A DNA stretch of 64,000 bases from Candidatus Doudnabacteria bacterium. GTDB lineage: Bacteria > Patescibacteriota > JAQUNI01. Below are positions 10,681 to 20,475 of this stretch, in pieces. Location of the stretch: NCBI GenBank assembly GCA_041644975.1, contig JBAZQX010000002.1:20603-84602 (forward strand), in the 5' to 3' direction. A model generated the notes under the pieces. That model had not been told where the DNA came from, searched no databases, and was given only the letters and a program-made list of their open reading frames with translations. The position numbers and the translations under genes are program-made. The stretch's first letter is position 1. The number at the start of each line of letters is the position of its first letter.

Positions 10681-10702
10681 TAGTATCATATTAAATCATA
10701 CT
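10649..10702 (+). promoter_or_regulatory. Putative promoter with AGTATGATA direct/inverted operator boxes
   Basis: TTGACT-16-TAAAGT; AGTATGATA x2, TATCATA, ATCATACT. Confidence 0.55.
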
Positions 10703-10722
10703 TTTTTATTATGTTTTATTAT

Positions 10723-10849
10723 GTCATTGCGAGGAGTGAGCGGAGCGAGCGACGCGGCAATCTCATCAATAATGAAAGATGTACTGACTTAATATCACTA
10801 TTTATAAGATTGCTTCGTCGTCCGCCTTAGGCGGACTCCTCGCAATGAC
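10723..10849. repeat. GTC-tagged REP-like inverted doublet
   Basis: GTCATTGCGAGGAG..GCAATCT / AGATTGC..CTCCTCGCAATGAC, with CCGCCTTAGGCGG in one arm. Confidence 0.85.
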
Positions 10850-10860
10850 TTTCTAATGCT

Positions 10861-11703
10861 ATGTCTCGGGAAAGATTAACAATTACCATTAACAAACGGC
10901 TCATCGGTTTATTAGACGATTTTATTGATGGTGAAAAGATCCGCAACCGTTCGCACGCGATTGAGTATCTTTTGAGTAAAACGCTGGCGCCTAAGGTTTC
11001 GCGCGCGATTATTTTAGCGGGCGGCCAAGGCTTGAAGATGCGGCCTTTTACCTATGAAATGCCGAAGTGTTTGATTCCAGTGCGCGGCAAGCCGCTTCTT
11101 GAGCACACTTTGGATTTATTAAAGAAATATGAAATCCGCGACATTGTCATTACGATCGGACACCTAGGAGAGAAGGTGCGGAATCATTTTGGCGACGGCT
11201 CGCGATTTGGGGTAAAAATTATTTACGCGGATCAAGGAGAGGGTTTTCGGGGGACGGGCGGCGCTTTGAAAGTGGCAAGGAATCTAGCGGGATGTCCTTT
11301 TTTACTTTTTTATGGAGATGTCTTAGCGGGTATTGATTTAAATGATTTGATTGACTTTCACAAAAGCCATGGCAAAACAATGACGATGGCTTTAACGAGC
11401 GTGGAGGATTCATCGGTTTGGGGAGTGGTGCAGCTCCACGGCACTCAAATCCGGGACTTTGTGGAAAAGCCTAAACAGAGCCAGAGATTATCGCGGCTTA
11501 TCAACGCTGGTATTTATGTCGTGGAGCCTAAGATTTTTGATTATTTCCCCAGAAAAAATATTTTTCGTTTGGAGGAAGACGTTTTTCCTAAACTCGCGCA
11601 AAGCGATGAATTGTATGGTTATCCTTTTGAGGGTCAATGGTTTGACATTGGCACGCCCGAAATCTACGCGCGGGTGATCAAGGAGTGGAATGGGATCAAA
11701 TAA
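10861..11703 (+). CDS. Ribbon-helix-helix + sugar-phosphate nucleotidyltransferase fusion
   Basis: N-term RLTITI..NRSHAIEYLL; ILAGGQG..RPFT..PK, YGD, EKP, WFDIGT. Confidence 0.85.
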   Translation: MSRERLTITINKRLIGLLDDFIDGEKIRNRSHAIEYLLSKTLAPKVSRAIILAGGQGLKMRPFTYEMPKCLIPVRGKPLLEHTLDLLKKYEIRDIVITIGHLGEKVRNHFGDGSRFGVKIIYADQGEGFRGTGGALKVARNLAGCPFLLFYGDVLAGIDLNDLIDFHKSHGKTMTMALTSVEDSSVWGVVQLHGTQIRDFVEKPKQSQRLSRLINAGIYVVEPKIFDYFPRKNIFRLEEDVFPKLAQSDELYGYPFEGQWFDIGTPEIYARVIKEWNGIK

Positions 11704-11832
11704 ATGAAAAATTGTCTCGCTATGCGAGATTTGGCGGAGCCAGAAAAATGAAAAATGCAAAATTGCAATGCAAAATTTAAAATTGAACAAGAGACTTTTT
11801 TAAATTGCAGAATTGTATTTTTTATTTTTTGA
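11702..11832. repeat. Inverted A-rich heptamer arrays with nested palindrome
   Basis: AAAATGA/AAAATGC units, T-rich complementary arm, TCTCGCTATGCGAGA insert. Confidence 0.6.
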
Positions 11833-11942
11833 TCAGTTCTTTTGAGCGGGTTTAAATCTCCGATTTGAACCAAAACGGTTCTTTATAGTTTATGATTTGG
11901 TGGTATTGGATTTTACCCTATCTTAGATAAGGGAGGTGCGCG

Positions 11943-12206
11943 ATGAGTTCTTTTGAAGAAGTCAAACAAAATGTTTTAGAACAAATCAACCATCTTGTAT
12001 CAGTAAGCTGTGATAATCAAATAAAGATTTGTTCTCTACGACAGCTAAATACAAACGCTAGGTTTAGAGGCGGCAGTTGCCCTGGAGCAAAGAGTGTTTG
12101 TGACGATGTGGAAGGCACTTCTTCTATCCAAGGGCTGAAAGATAGTTTAGGCAGTCTAATGTGCGTTCAAACAATGTTTGGACATATTTTAAAGGAGGGC
12201 GAGTAG
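11943..12206 (+). CDS. Small Cys-containing hypothetical protein
   Basis: GGAGGT SD, 87 aa. Confidence 0.6.
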   Translation: MSSFEEVKQNVLEQINHLVSVSCDNQIKICSLRQLNTNARFRGGSCPGAKSVCDDVEGTSSIQGLKDSLGSLMCVQTMFGHILKEGE

Positions 12207-12274
12207 TGGGGGGAAAAATTTTTGACATTTTGCCTAAAAGGTCAATAAAGAATATTAGTGTCGGGGAGATTAAG

Positions 12275-12596
12275 ATGACACTAATTGAGCTGCAAAATGC
12301 AGGAATAAAAACTTTTCTGGGTTATAACATAGAAGTTTTGTTAGGGGTATCGGTTTCAGAAGAAGGGGTGCAAGATGAACTTGGGAAAGTATATAGAGAA
12401 TCTCAAGAACGATCTTGAGAATGGGGGCGTGGCAGATGATTCGGTCGCTGTACTTTGTTATATTACAGCAGCGAATCGTGCTAAAGAAGTTATCCAAGCA
12501 GGCGGACCAGAAAAAGAGACTGCTCAAAATTTTCTAGATCTTTGTATGCAGTCAGACTGTGAAGGTTTAAAATCTATAGTTAGTTCTTTTGTTTGA
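12275..12596 (+). CDS. Hypothetical: two overlapping small ORFs (12275-12418, 12375-12596) or one frameshifted gene
   Basis: SD-like sequence before both ATGs; hairpin at ~12603-12640. Confidence 0.45.
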
Positions 12597-12679
12597 AATC
12601 AAAAAGACCGTGTGTATTGTTTTTTTATCACATGGTCTATTTTTTTAGAGATTTTAGATTTTCAATTTTAGATTTTAGA

Positions 12680-13657
12680 TTACCTCACCCCAATTTTTTT
12701 CCGTATTTCTTGTAAATTTTTCCCCGCGATTTCGCGCGCTCTTTTCGCGCCTTCAATCAAAATATTTTTTACCTCTTCGGGTCTTTGTTTCAACTCTGTA
12801 TATTTTACACGCATATCGCCAAGGTGCAAGGCAATGTTTTGAGCCAAGATTTTTTTGCATTCCACGCAGCCCAAATTTCCCGAACAGCAATCTCTTTCAA
12901 TGGTTTTTACCAAATCGGGGAGGGAGAATAATTTGTGCAAGGCAAAGATATTGCATTTTTCCGGATGTCCCTTATCGCCCTTTTTAATCTTTTTGGGATC
13001 CGTAAAAGCATTGCGCAATTTAGCGTCAATTTCTTCTTGGGATTCAAAGAGCCCAATGTAATTATTTAAGGTTTTGCTCATCTTGTTTTTACCGTCTAAA
13101 CCCATAATCCGCGGCATCTCGGTTTTTAGGGTTTGGGGCAGGGGAAAGGTTTCACCGAAACGTTTATTAAAGCGCTCGGCGATAAAGCGAGTAAATTCCA
13201 GATGAGGATCTTGGTCTTCGCCTACAGGAACGGCATCGGTTTTGTAAGCTAAGATGTCGGCCGCCATTAAAACAGGGTAAGAAAGCAGGGCTAAATTTAG
13301 ATTATCCGGAAATTGCGCTTTTTTTTCTTTATAAGTGGGCATTCGTTCTAACATCCCCAAGGGAGTGAGCGCTCCCAGAATCCAAGCAAGTTCAGTTTGC
13401 TCCGGGACATAAGATTGGACAGTCAAAATGGATTTTTGGGGGTCAATACCGCAAGCGAGAAGACCAGTAGCCATCTCCAGAATTTCTGGACACAAGGTTT
13501 TTGGCTCAAAAGGGGTGGTTAAGCCATGGTAGTCCACGACTTCAAATATGCATTGGTATTGATCTTGCAGTTCCACCCAATTTTTAATTGCGCCGAAATA
13601 ATTGCCTAAATGCAAAGTACCCGATGGTCTGATGCCTGAAAATAATTTTTTTTCCAT
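12680..13657 (-). CDS. trpS: Tryptophanyl-tRNA synthetase
   Basis: PSGTLHLGNY, YPVLMAADIL, VPVGEDQ, KMSKT. Confidence 0.97.
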   Translation of the reverse strand: MEKKLFSGIRPSGTLHLGNYFGAIKNWVELQDQYQCIFEVVDYHGLTTPFEPKTLCPEILEMATGLLACGIDPQKSILTVQSYVPEQTELAWILGALTPLGMLERMPTYKEKKAQFPDNLNLALLSYPVLMAADILAYKTDAVPVGEDQDPHLEFTRFIAERFNKRFGETFPLPQTLKTEMPRIMGLDGKNKMSKTLNNYIGLFESQEEIDAKLRNAFTDPKKIKKGDKGHPEKCNIFALHKLFSLPDLVKTIERDCCSGNLGCVECKKILAQNIALHLGDMRVKYTELKQRPEEVKNILIEGAKRAREIAGKNLQEIRKKIGVR

Positions 13658-13755
13658 ATTTTTTGAATTAGTTGCGCGCTAGTCAAGCGACTATTCTTTT
13701 TTTCAGCTAATATCACGCAGGATGACCATTTCAAAATTTCTGATTCCTTATTTTA

Positions 13756-15522
13756 CTACGCTCCAATAATCACAGGTAAAATCATTGGCCGGCGCTCTGT
13801 GCGCTTAAACAGATATTCACCGATTTCTTCCCTGATTCGTGATTTGATGTAAGCCTCATTCACGCTTAAGTCCTTTTTACCTTTTATGTCCACAATCTTT
13901 TTTATTTGATTTTTAACTTCTTTTAGTAGTTTATCAGATTCTTTCATATAGATAAAGCCGCGGGAGACAATATCTGGTTCGCCAATTAAAGCGCCGTTAT
14001 CCTTGTTGACAGTGATAATCACCACGAACATTCCATCCTTGGCCATTTGTTGGCGGTCGCGCAAGACCACATGGCCGACATCGCCGACACCGAGGCCGTC
14101 AACTAGGACATAGCCAGAGGGCACTTTATCTTTTAAGATAAGCCCTTTCTGTTCTTGGTCCACGTTCAGGATTTGACCATTCTCCATAATAAAAATATTT
14201 CCGCTCGGTATGCCCAGTTCCCGGGCAATCCAAGCATTATTCACGAGCATATGATGCTCTCCGTGAATTGGAACGAAATATTTAGGCTTCAGAAGCGAGA
14301 GCATCAGTTTCATATCTTCTTTATGGGCGTGCCCTCCGGTGTGAATGTCCATAATTTTTTCATAAAACACGCGCGCGCCTAGGCGGAAGAGGTTATCCAT
14401 CATATTATAGATGGAGCGTTCATTTCCCGGGATGGGAGATGAGGAGAGGATAATGGTGTCCCCTTTGTGGATTTTAATCTCTCTATGTTCTTGGCGGCTC
14501 ATCCGGGCGAGGGCGGATGACTCTTGACCTTGACTTCCTGTAGCCACAATCACCACTTTGTTATCGGGTAAGCTTTTGGTTTGTTTTAAGCTAATTACTG
14601 TGTCGGGAGGAATTTTTAAGTAGTTAAGGCGCACAGTAATTTCTACCGCTTTTTCCAGCGACATTCCAGAGAAGGCGACTTTGCGGCCGGTTTGATAAGC
14701 AGAGTTAACAGCCTGTTGAATTCGGCTGATTAAAGTAGAAAAGGTGGCCATAATAATGCGTCCTTTAGCGGTTTCAAAGATGCGGTGCAATGTTCTGCCA
14801 ATCTTTTTTTCAGAGATGGAGTGGCCTTCCTTTTCGGCGCTTGTGGAGTCGCACATCGCGACAAGGACACCTCTGCCCCCCAGAAGGGCGATGCGCGAGA
14901 AGTCGCTCGGTTTTTCGTCAACAGGCGTGTAATCAAATTTAAAATCGCCAGTCGTCACGCACAGCCCGACGGGGGTGTAGATGGCGATGCCCACACCATC
15001 CGGAATATTATGATTGACGCGAAAGAATTCTAATTCAAAATTGCCGATCCGGATATTGTCATTGACCGTGAAGATATTAAGACGCGCCTTTCGGTCCATT
15101 CCAAATTCTGCCAAGCGATCGCGGATGAGCTCAATGGTGAGGGGTGTACCGTAAAGGTAGGGGTTACCTAGTTTTTCCAAAAGATAAGGGACCGCCCCAA
15201 TATGATCCAGGTGACCATGCGTAAAGATTATGCCGCGAATTTTATGCTTGTTTTTAACGAGGTAAGAGATATCCGGGATTACATAGTCAATACCGAGCAT
15301 TTCTTCATTCGGAAACATTAGCCCCATATCAATTATGATAATATCATTCCCATATTCAAAAACCGTCATATTTTTACCCACCTCCTCCAAGCCGCCTAAA
15401 GGAATAATTTTTAGGTTTGAGTCTTTAGGTTCGGAAGAAGGGGGAGACGGAATAGACTTGATGGCGGGCGGAGGTGTGGGTAGGGGTTTGGTGGTAAATT
15501 TTGGTTTTTTGTGGTTAGGCAT
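13756..15522 (-). CDS. rnj: Ribonuclease J
   Basis: PLGGLEEVGKNM, THGHLDHIG, TGDFK, HTGGH, PIHGE, RRPMILP. Confidence 0.96.
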   Translation of the reverse strand: MPNHKKPKFTTKPLPTPPPAIKSIPSPPSSEPKDSNLKIIPLGGLEEVGKNMTVFEYGNDIIIIDMGLMFPNEEMLGIDYVIPDISYLVKNKHKIRGIIFTHGHLDHIGAVPYLLEKLGNPYLYGTPLTIELIRDRLAEFGMDRKARLNIFTVNDNIRIGNFELEFFRVNHNIPDGVGIAIYTPVGLCVTTGDFKFDYTPVDEKPSDFSRIALLGGRGVLVAMCDSTSAEKEGHSISEKKIGRTLHRIFETAKGRIIMATFSTLISRIQQAVNSAYQTGRKVAFSGMSLEKAVEITVRLNYLKIPPDTVISLKQTKSLPDNKVVIVATGSQGQESSALARMSRQEHREIKIHKGDTIILSSSPIPGNERSIYNMMDNLFRLGARVFYEKIMDIHTGGHAHKEDMKLMLSLLKPKYFVPIHGEHHMLVNNAWIARELGIPSGNIFIMENGQILNVDQEQKGLILKDKVPSGYVLVDGLGVGDVGHVVLRDRQQMAKDGMFVVIITVNKDNGALIGEPDIVSRGFIYMKESDKLLKEVKNQIKKIVDIKGKKDLSVNEAYIKSRIREEIGEYLFKRTERRPMILPVIIGA

Positions 15523-15530
15523 AAAAGTAG

Positions 15531-15694
15531 TTAAAAATGTAAATATCAAAAATAAAAATAACAAATCAAAATGTAAAAAGAGAAAAATTTTAAAATTTTA
15601 CATTGTCTCGCTTCGCGAGATCTCGTCATGGCTACGCCAGATCTTTAGACGAAGCGATGATCATTTTACATTTTGATTTTTGCATTTTGCATTT
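15531..15694. repeat. Inverted A-rich heptamer arrays with nested palindromes
   Basis: AAAATGT-type left arm; TTTTACA TTTTGAT TTTTGCA TTTTGCA right arm; GC-rich inserts. Confidence 0.65.
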
Positions 15695-15700
15695 CCTTTA

Positions 15701-15785
15701 TGCTGGGAGGGAGATTTGAACTCCCATGGTATTGCTACCGCTAGCCCCTGAAGCTAGTGCGTCTGCCAAATTTCGCCATCCCAGC
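15701..15785 (-). tRNA. tRNA-Leu(CAG)
   Basis: GCTGGGA acceptor, CTAGC-TTCAGGG-GCTAG, long variable arm, GTTCAAAT; CCA not encoded. Confidence 0.93.
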
Positions 15786-15955
15786 AATTTTTTGAAAAGG
15801 CGCGTCACAGCAGTGATTTTCAGGCAAGCATCGCGATTTTCTGAAGATCTCGCGCAGCGATGACAAGAAGAGAGGTTAGAATAAACCCTTGCAATTTTGG
15901 TAATCAATTAATTATTTTTTGTTTTTTATTTAAAAGGGGAGGATAAAACGATTTT

Positions 15956-16096
15956 ACCCACACACCAGAAAGCCACCGGTGCCCGGCCTTCGCAGCCGAA
16001 GTGCCGGCTTTAAGTCGCCGACGCTCCATAGCTTTGGCGACGGAGCGCGGAGTAGGCTAAACCCGTGGATGAATGGTGGCTTTCTGGTGAGGGGTT
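15956..16096. mobile_element. Nested palindromic element
   Basis: TIR CACCAGAAAGCCACC/GGTGGCTTTCTGGTG with inner GC-rich hairpin inserts. Confidence 0.65.
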
Positions 16097-16153
16097 TCGC
16101 TCCACGAAATCCCATTATAAAAAGATGCTACGGGCTTAAAGACCCGTGGAGCT

Positions 16154-17986
16154 TCATTTGTCTTGGCGTAAGAGTTGCCTTTTTTGTTCTATATACCAGT
16201 GGGAGAGTCCCGCAAAACGCTCGTAAGGGAAGACGACCTTTTCAGTTTCAATACCTTTGATTTTTTTATTCACGCCGCAGAGATAAATGGATCTATAGAG
16301 AGGAATAACTGGTATTTCTTGATTTAATATTTGTTCTAATTTTTTATAATCTTCTTGTTGTGAGACTGGGTCATCAATAGTTTTTAGTTCTTCCAGGATT
16401 TTATCCGCTTCTGTATTTTCGAAAGAAGCTAAGTTTAATCCGGGGTCGCGGATTTGTGAAGAATGCCAAAAGATATAAAGATCAGGATTATGGACTAACA
16501 CTTCTCCGTAGATGAGGGCGTCAAAATTACGCGGTCGGATATATTCTTGTTGAATTTTTGCCGTATTATAGGATTCCGTGATTAGTTCAATTCCCGCTTG
16601 TCTATAGGCGGTTTTCAGAATTTCCGCGGTTTGGACGTATTCCGTCCAAACCGTAGTCACAAGAGTGAAATTTAAACGGTCTTTACCTTTAGTATATATT
16701 CCATCCGCCCCTTTTGTCCAGCCCTCTTTTTCTAAGATTTGCTCTGTTTTTTGGGGGTCAAACTCCCGTTTGGTAAGATTTTCTACATCTGCCAAGAGAA
16801 GGGGGGAGTAGGTTATTTGTCCGGCGTCTGCGATGGCTTCTTCAATGATTTGTTTCTTCGGGGTCGCATATTCTAAGGCTTCGCGAATATACTTTTCTTT
16901 AAATAATTTATTGCGGTTTGGATTTAGAAATATAGAATATATATGAGGCAATTCTAAAGAGTAGAGATTTAGAAAATCGTTATTAGCAAGTTTATTTTTA
17001 TATCCTTTAGGAATATAGCCAGCTCCATCAATCTGGCGGCTTTGCAGATCTGAAAGTAGAGTATCAAAATCGGGATAAAATTGGAAATTAATTTTCTCCA
17101 GATAGGGCTTCAGACCATAATAATTAGGGTTCGGCTTTAAGGAGTAGGATTCAACACCGCCTTCTTTGTTTTTTTTGAGTTTGTAAAATTGCCATGGTCC
17201 AGAGCCGATTGGTTTCAGATTATATTCAGATAAAGGGGCATTCGTCGAGGGGATTGTCTCCCAAATATGCATGGGCAGGATGCCAAAGGTGAGCGTGGAA
17301 AGAAAAGGAGTATAGGGTTCTTTGAGGGTAAACTTAAGCTTTAATGCGTCAATTTTTTCCATTTCTACGCCCAAAAAGCTTGAGCGCAGGGGGCTCTTAA
17401 AGTCCGGGTCTTGAATTCTATGGATGGTGAAAATAATATCGTCAGCAGTTAAAGGCTCGCCATCCTGCCAGATGAGGTTAGGTTTCAACGTGAATGTATA
17501 GGTCTTTTTATCCTCTGAAATTTGATAATCTTGGGCTAAATCTGGCACCAATTCTTGTTTGTCATTATAAATCATTAAGCCGGAAAAGATGAGGTAGGCG
17601 AGATCCATATCAATGTCGTTGGTTTGGGCCAGAATAGGATTCACGTATTTAGGTTGGCCTACTAGCCCTTCGGTATATTGCCCCCCTTGGGCCGGCACTA
17701 ATTTGGAGTGTTTAAGATAATAGATATCTATCCAAAAGACAATACTGGCCAGAATGATACCGCTCAAGATAAAGATTACAATCCGCTCCCAAGTTTTCAG
17801 CGTGCGGGGGATATTGGCAATCTGTTTTAATTTAGGAATGCGGATTTTTTTTGATTCTTCTTTAGAAAAAAAGGAAGTCCGCAGGGGGCGGATTTGTTTT
17901 AGGCCATCCAGGGATTTTTTGAAGAGAGAGGAGGAGGAAGAAAGACTAGAAGATGCTTCTTTCTCTTTTTCCCCGATTTTTGACAT
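16154..17986 (-). CDS. ABC peptide-binding protein (family 5)
   Basis: LVPDLA, YTFTLK..WQDGEPLTADDIIFT, PIGSGPW. Confidence 0.9.
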   Translation of the reverse strand: MSKIGEKEKEASSSLSSSSSLFKKSLDGLKQIRPLRTSFFSKEESKKIRIPKLKQIANIPRTLKTWERIVIFILSGIILASIVFWIDIYYLKHSKLVPAQGGQYTEGLVGQPKYVNPILAQTNDIDMDLAYLIFSGLMIYNDKQELVPDLAQDYQISEDKKTYTFTLKPNLIWQDGEPLTADDIIFTIHRIQDPDFKSPLRSSFLGVEMEKIDALKLKFTLKEPYTPFLSTLTFGILPMHIWETIPSTNAPLSEYNLKPIGSGPWQFYKLKKNKEGGVESYSLKPNPNYYGLKPYLEKINFQFYPDFDTLLSDLQSRQIDGAGYIPKGYKNKLANNDFLNLYSLELPHIYSIFLNPNRNKLFKEKYIREALEYATPKKQIIEEAIADAGQITYSPLLLADVENLTKREFDPQKTEQILEKEGWTKGADGIYTKGKDRLNFTLVTTVWTEYVQTAEILKTAYRQAGIELITESYNTAKIQQEYIRPRNFDALIYGEVLVHNPDLYIFWHSSQIRDPGLNLASFENTEADKILEELKTIDDPVSQQEDYKKLEQILNQEIPVIPLYRSIYLCGVNKKIKGIETEKVVFPYERFAGLSHWYIEQKRQLLRQDK

Positions 17987-17990
17987 ATTG

Positions 17991-18206
17991 TTAAATTAAT
18001 ACGTTCACCAATGCTATTGTGCCAAAGGCAATAGCTAAAAATATAGTCGCGCGAAAGACAATTTTTTCCACGCCTCTTTTGGTTCGGTAAAATCCCCCCT
18101 CGCCGCCAAAAGCACTGCTTAAACCTGTGCCGCGGGCTTGGACCAAAATCGCTGCCGTGAGCAATATCGCGAGGATAATCTGGACAATTTTTAATATTTG
18201 TGACAT
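17991..18206 (-). CDS. secG: Preprotein translocase SecG
   Basis: Two TMs, LVQARGTGLSSAFGG, KRGVEK. Confidence 0.92.
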   Translation of the reverse strand: MSQILKIVQIILAILLTAAILVQARGTGLSSAFGGEGGFYRTKRGVEKIVFRATIFLAIAFGTIALVNVLI

Positions 18207-18278
18207 ATTAAAACAAGGTCTTGTTTAAAACAAAAGGTGATTATAGAATACCATTTTAGAGTGGGGGAGTCAATAAGA

Positions 18279-18435
18279 AGGGAAGCAGGAATCGGGAATA
18301 GGGAATTATGAATAATAAATAATTCCTTCATCTCTTTATTCCTAATTCATTATTCCTGCCTGCCCACCGACCTGTCCGCCGAAGTTTTAACGAAGGGGGA
18401 AGCCCGAAGGGCGTAGGTGGGATTCATGATTCCAG
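18279..18435. repeat. Inverted heptamer arrays (NNGGAAT/ATTCCNN) interrupted by nested CCTG elements
   Basis: CAGGAAT CGGGAAT AGGGAAT TATGAAT / ATTCCTA ATTCATT ATTCCTG [18359-18421] ATTCATG ATTCCAG. Confidence 0.8.
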
Positions 18436-18589
18436 TTTATTGTTCTTTTTATCCAGTGTTCTTTTGATAACAAAGACACTCTTGCCGGAGATTTTCATTT
18501 TCGGTAAGATTTTCCTGTTTCGGTTTTTGATTTTGTTTTTTAGTTTTTTGTAATGCATAGATAAGAATATAAGAAAGGAGTGATAATAC

Positions 18590-18766
18590 ATGCCGGGACT
18601 ATGCTACGCCATCTGGGAAATAGACGATAAGTTTGTTGGGGAATCTTTTCCCGTAGGTGCTGAAGAGGATTTGTGGGAGCCGGTTGCTTTGCTGAAAACA
18701 GAGGAAAAAAATCCGCGATTTTTACGGAGGTGTGATAAGGAAGATACGCGGTCAAAGCATTATTAA
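18590..18766 (+). CDS. 58-aa ORF absent from the track
   Basis: AAGGAG SD; MPGLCYAIWEIDDKFVGESF...; hairpin CCGATATT..AATATCGG plus T-run downstream. Confidence 0.55.
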   Translation: MPGLCYAIWEIDDKFVGESFPVGAEEDLWEPVALLKTEEKNPRFLRRCDKEDTRSKHY

Positions 18767-18795
18767 GATAGCCGATATTGAAAATATCGGTTTTT

Positions 18796-20397
18796 TTATT
18801 TTAACAAATTTTTGCTTCTTAATTTATGGTGATAGGCGATCGCAAAGCGGTGGGCTTCGTCGCGGATGCGTTTTAAGAGCATCAGACCCGCGGAAGCTAG
18901 AGGAATGTTAATGGGTTTTTTTTGATGGGGAATATAGATTTGTTCTAATTTTTTCGCCAGCGCGCAGAGGGGAATTGCGATTTGGTATTTTTTGAAGACC
19001 TGAAGAGCGGCATTGAGTTGAGGTTTTCCGCCGTCCACTAAAATTAGATCCGGCAGAGGCCAGCTATCCTTTTGATTAATTCTTTTCAGGCGGCGAGCGA
19101 GGATTTCCCGCATCATGGCGACGTCATTTGGGGAATTGATGGTTTTGATTTTAAAGCGGCGGTAAGAGGATGGATTTTTTGCGCCGTTTTTGAACACAAT
19201 CATACTACCGGTTGCCTCTTGACCTTGAATATTAGAGATATCATAGGCCTCAATTCTTTGAGGAGGTTTTTTAAGTCTCAAATAGCTCGCAAGTTCAATA
19301 AGCGCCTTTTCTATTTTTATTTTTTGCGTTCTTTCTATTTTGATGCGCGTTTTTAAATACTCACGGGCGTTTTTTTCTCCCATTTTGATCAGTTTTCTTT
19401 TTTGGCCTTTCTGGGGGACAGTGAGTTCTGCTGTGAGGAGGGGCGTTTTTTCCACTGTGGCGGGGAGGACAATTTCTTGAGGTTGGTTCTCTTTTCTAAA
19501 ATAGTATTCCCCTAGAAATCTCTGTAAAATTTCGTTATCCGTTTTTTTTATTGTATGCAGAAGGATAAAGTTTTCTTTACCTATGAGACGCCCTTCGCGA
19601 ATGCGGAAAAGATTTACGACGGCCATCTTTTTACTGCGGGTGATGCTAATCACATCTTGGCTTTTTAAATTGCGGCTCACTACTTTTTGTTTTTCTTGAA
19701 TTTTTTCTAAGGCTGAAATCCGATCGCGCAGGATGGCCGCGGTTTCAAAATTTTGTTTAACGCTTTCCTCCCTCATTTTCCTTTTTGTTTCTCGGATAAT
19801 GGGGAGATGATGACCGCGCAAAAAAGAAATAATCTCACTAATGATTTTTTGGTATGCTTCTGGCTCTATTTTATTCTCGCAAGGGGCAGGGCAGAGTTTG
19901 AGGTGTGAGAAAAGGCAGATGCGATGGGGTAAAATTCGGCAGGAGCGGTAGGGAAAAATTTTGCGCAAGATTTTAAGGGTGGTGCGCGCCTCGTCGCTTG
20001 CAGGATAGGGTCCAAAAAGAATACCCTCTTCCTTTTTGGTTTTGCGGTTTTCCCTTTCTATAAAAACGCGAGGAAATTTTTCAGCCGTGATTTTAATGTA
20101 GACATAGGATTTGTCGTCCTTGAAGACAATATTATAGCGGGGTCTATATTTTTTGATTAGATTATTTTCCAAAAGCAGGGCTTCGGATTCATTATCTACG
20201 ACAATATGCTCTAGGCTTTTAGCGCGAGCGAGCATGAGCTTCTTGTCAGGCGCAAGATTCTCTTGATTTCTAAAATAAGAAGCAATCCTTTTTTTGAGGT
20301 TTTTGGCTTTGCCCACATAGATTACCTTTTGATTCTGATCGCGGAAAATGTAGACGCCGGGAGCAGGGGGGAAGTTTTCTTGACTTATTTTGAGCAT
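18796..20397 (-). CDS. uvrC: Excinuclease ABC subunit C (no C-terminal HhH)
   Basis: PGVY..IYVGKAKNLKKR..SYF, YDISN, DGGKPQ, RDEAHRFA. Confidence 0.95.
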   Translation of the reverse strand: MLKISQENFPPAPGVYIFRDQNQKVIYVGKAKNLKKRIASYFRNQENLAPDKKLMLARAKSLEHIVVDNESEALLLENNLIKKYRPRYNIVFKDDKSYVYIKITAEKFPRVFIERENRKTKKEEGILFGPYPASDEARTTLKILRKIFPYRSCRILPHRICLFSHLKLCPAPCENKIEPEAYQKIISEIISFLRGHHLPIIRETKRKMREESVKQNFETAAILRDRISALEKIQEKQKVVSRNLKSQDVISITRSKKMAVVNLFRIREGRLIGKENFILLHTIKKTDNEILQRFLGEYYFRKENQPQEIVLPATVEKTPLLTAELTVPQKGQKRKLIKMGEKNAREYLKTRIKIERTQKIKIEKALIELASYLRLKKPPQRIEAYDISNIQGQEATGSMIVFKNGAKNPSSYRRFKIKTINSPNDVAMMREILARRLKRINQKDSWPLPDLILVDGGKPQLNAALQVFKKYQIAIPLCALAKKLEQIYIPHQKKPINIPLASAGLMLLKRIRDEAHRFAIAYHHKLRSKNLLK

Positions 20398-20475
20398 TGT
20401 GGTATAAAGACTTTGCTGTTTTGAATGTCCTTTATATTATAGATTTTTTGGGTTTTTTAGGGAAGGAGAGAGAAA

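Noticed and set aside
15979-16260. ORFs over repeats or tRNAs (also 2844-3038, 5769-5984, 15698-15907, 45858-46059; 5' parts of 61111-61383 and 38837-39715)
   Set aside because: Translations of palindromic repeats or tRNA sequence.
18796-18850. uvrC truncation as a pseudogene
   Set aside because: Ends cleanly after the RNase H-like domain at a terminator; HhH-less UvrC is, from recall, common in CPR.
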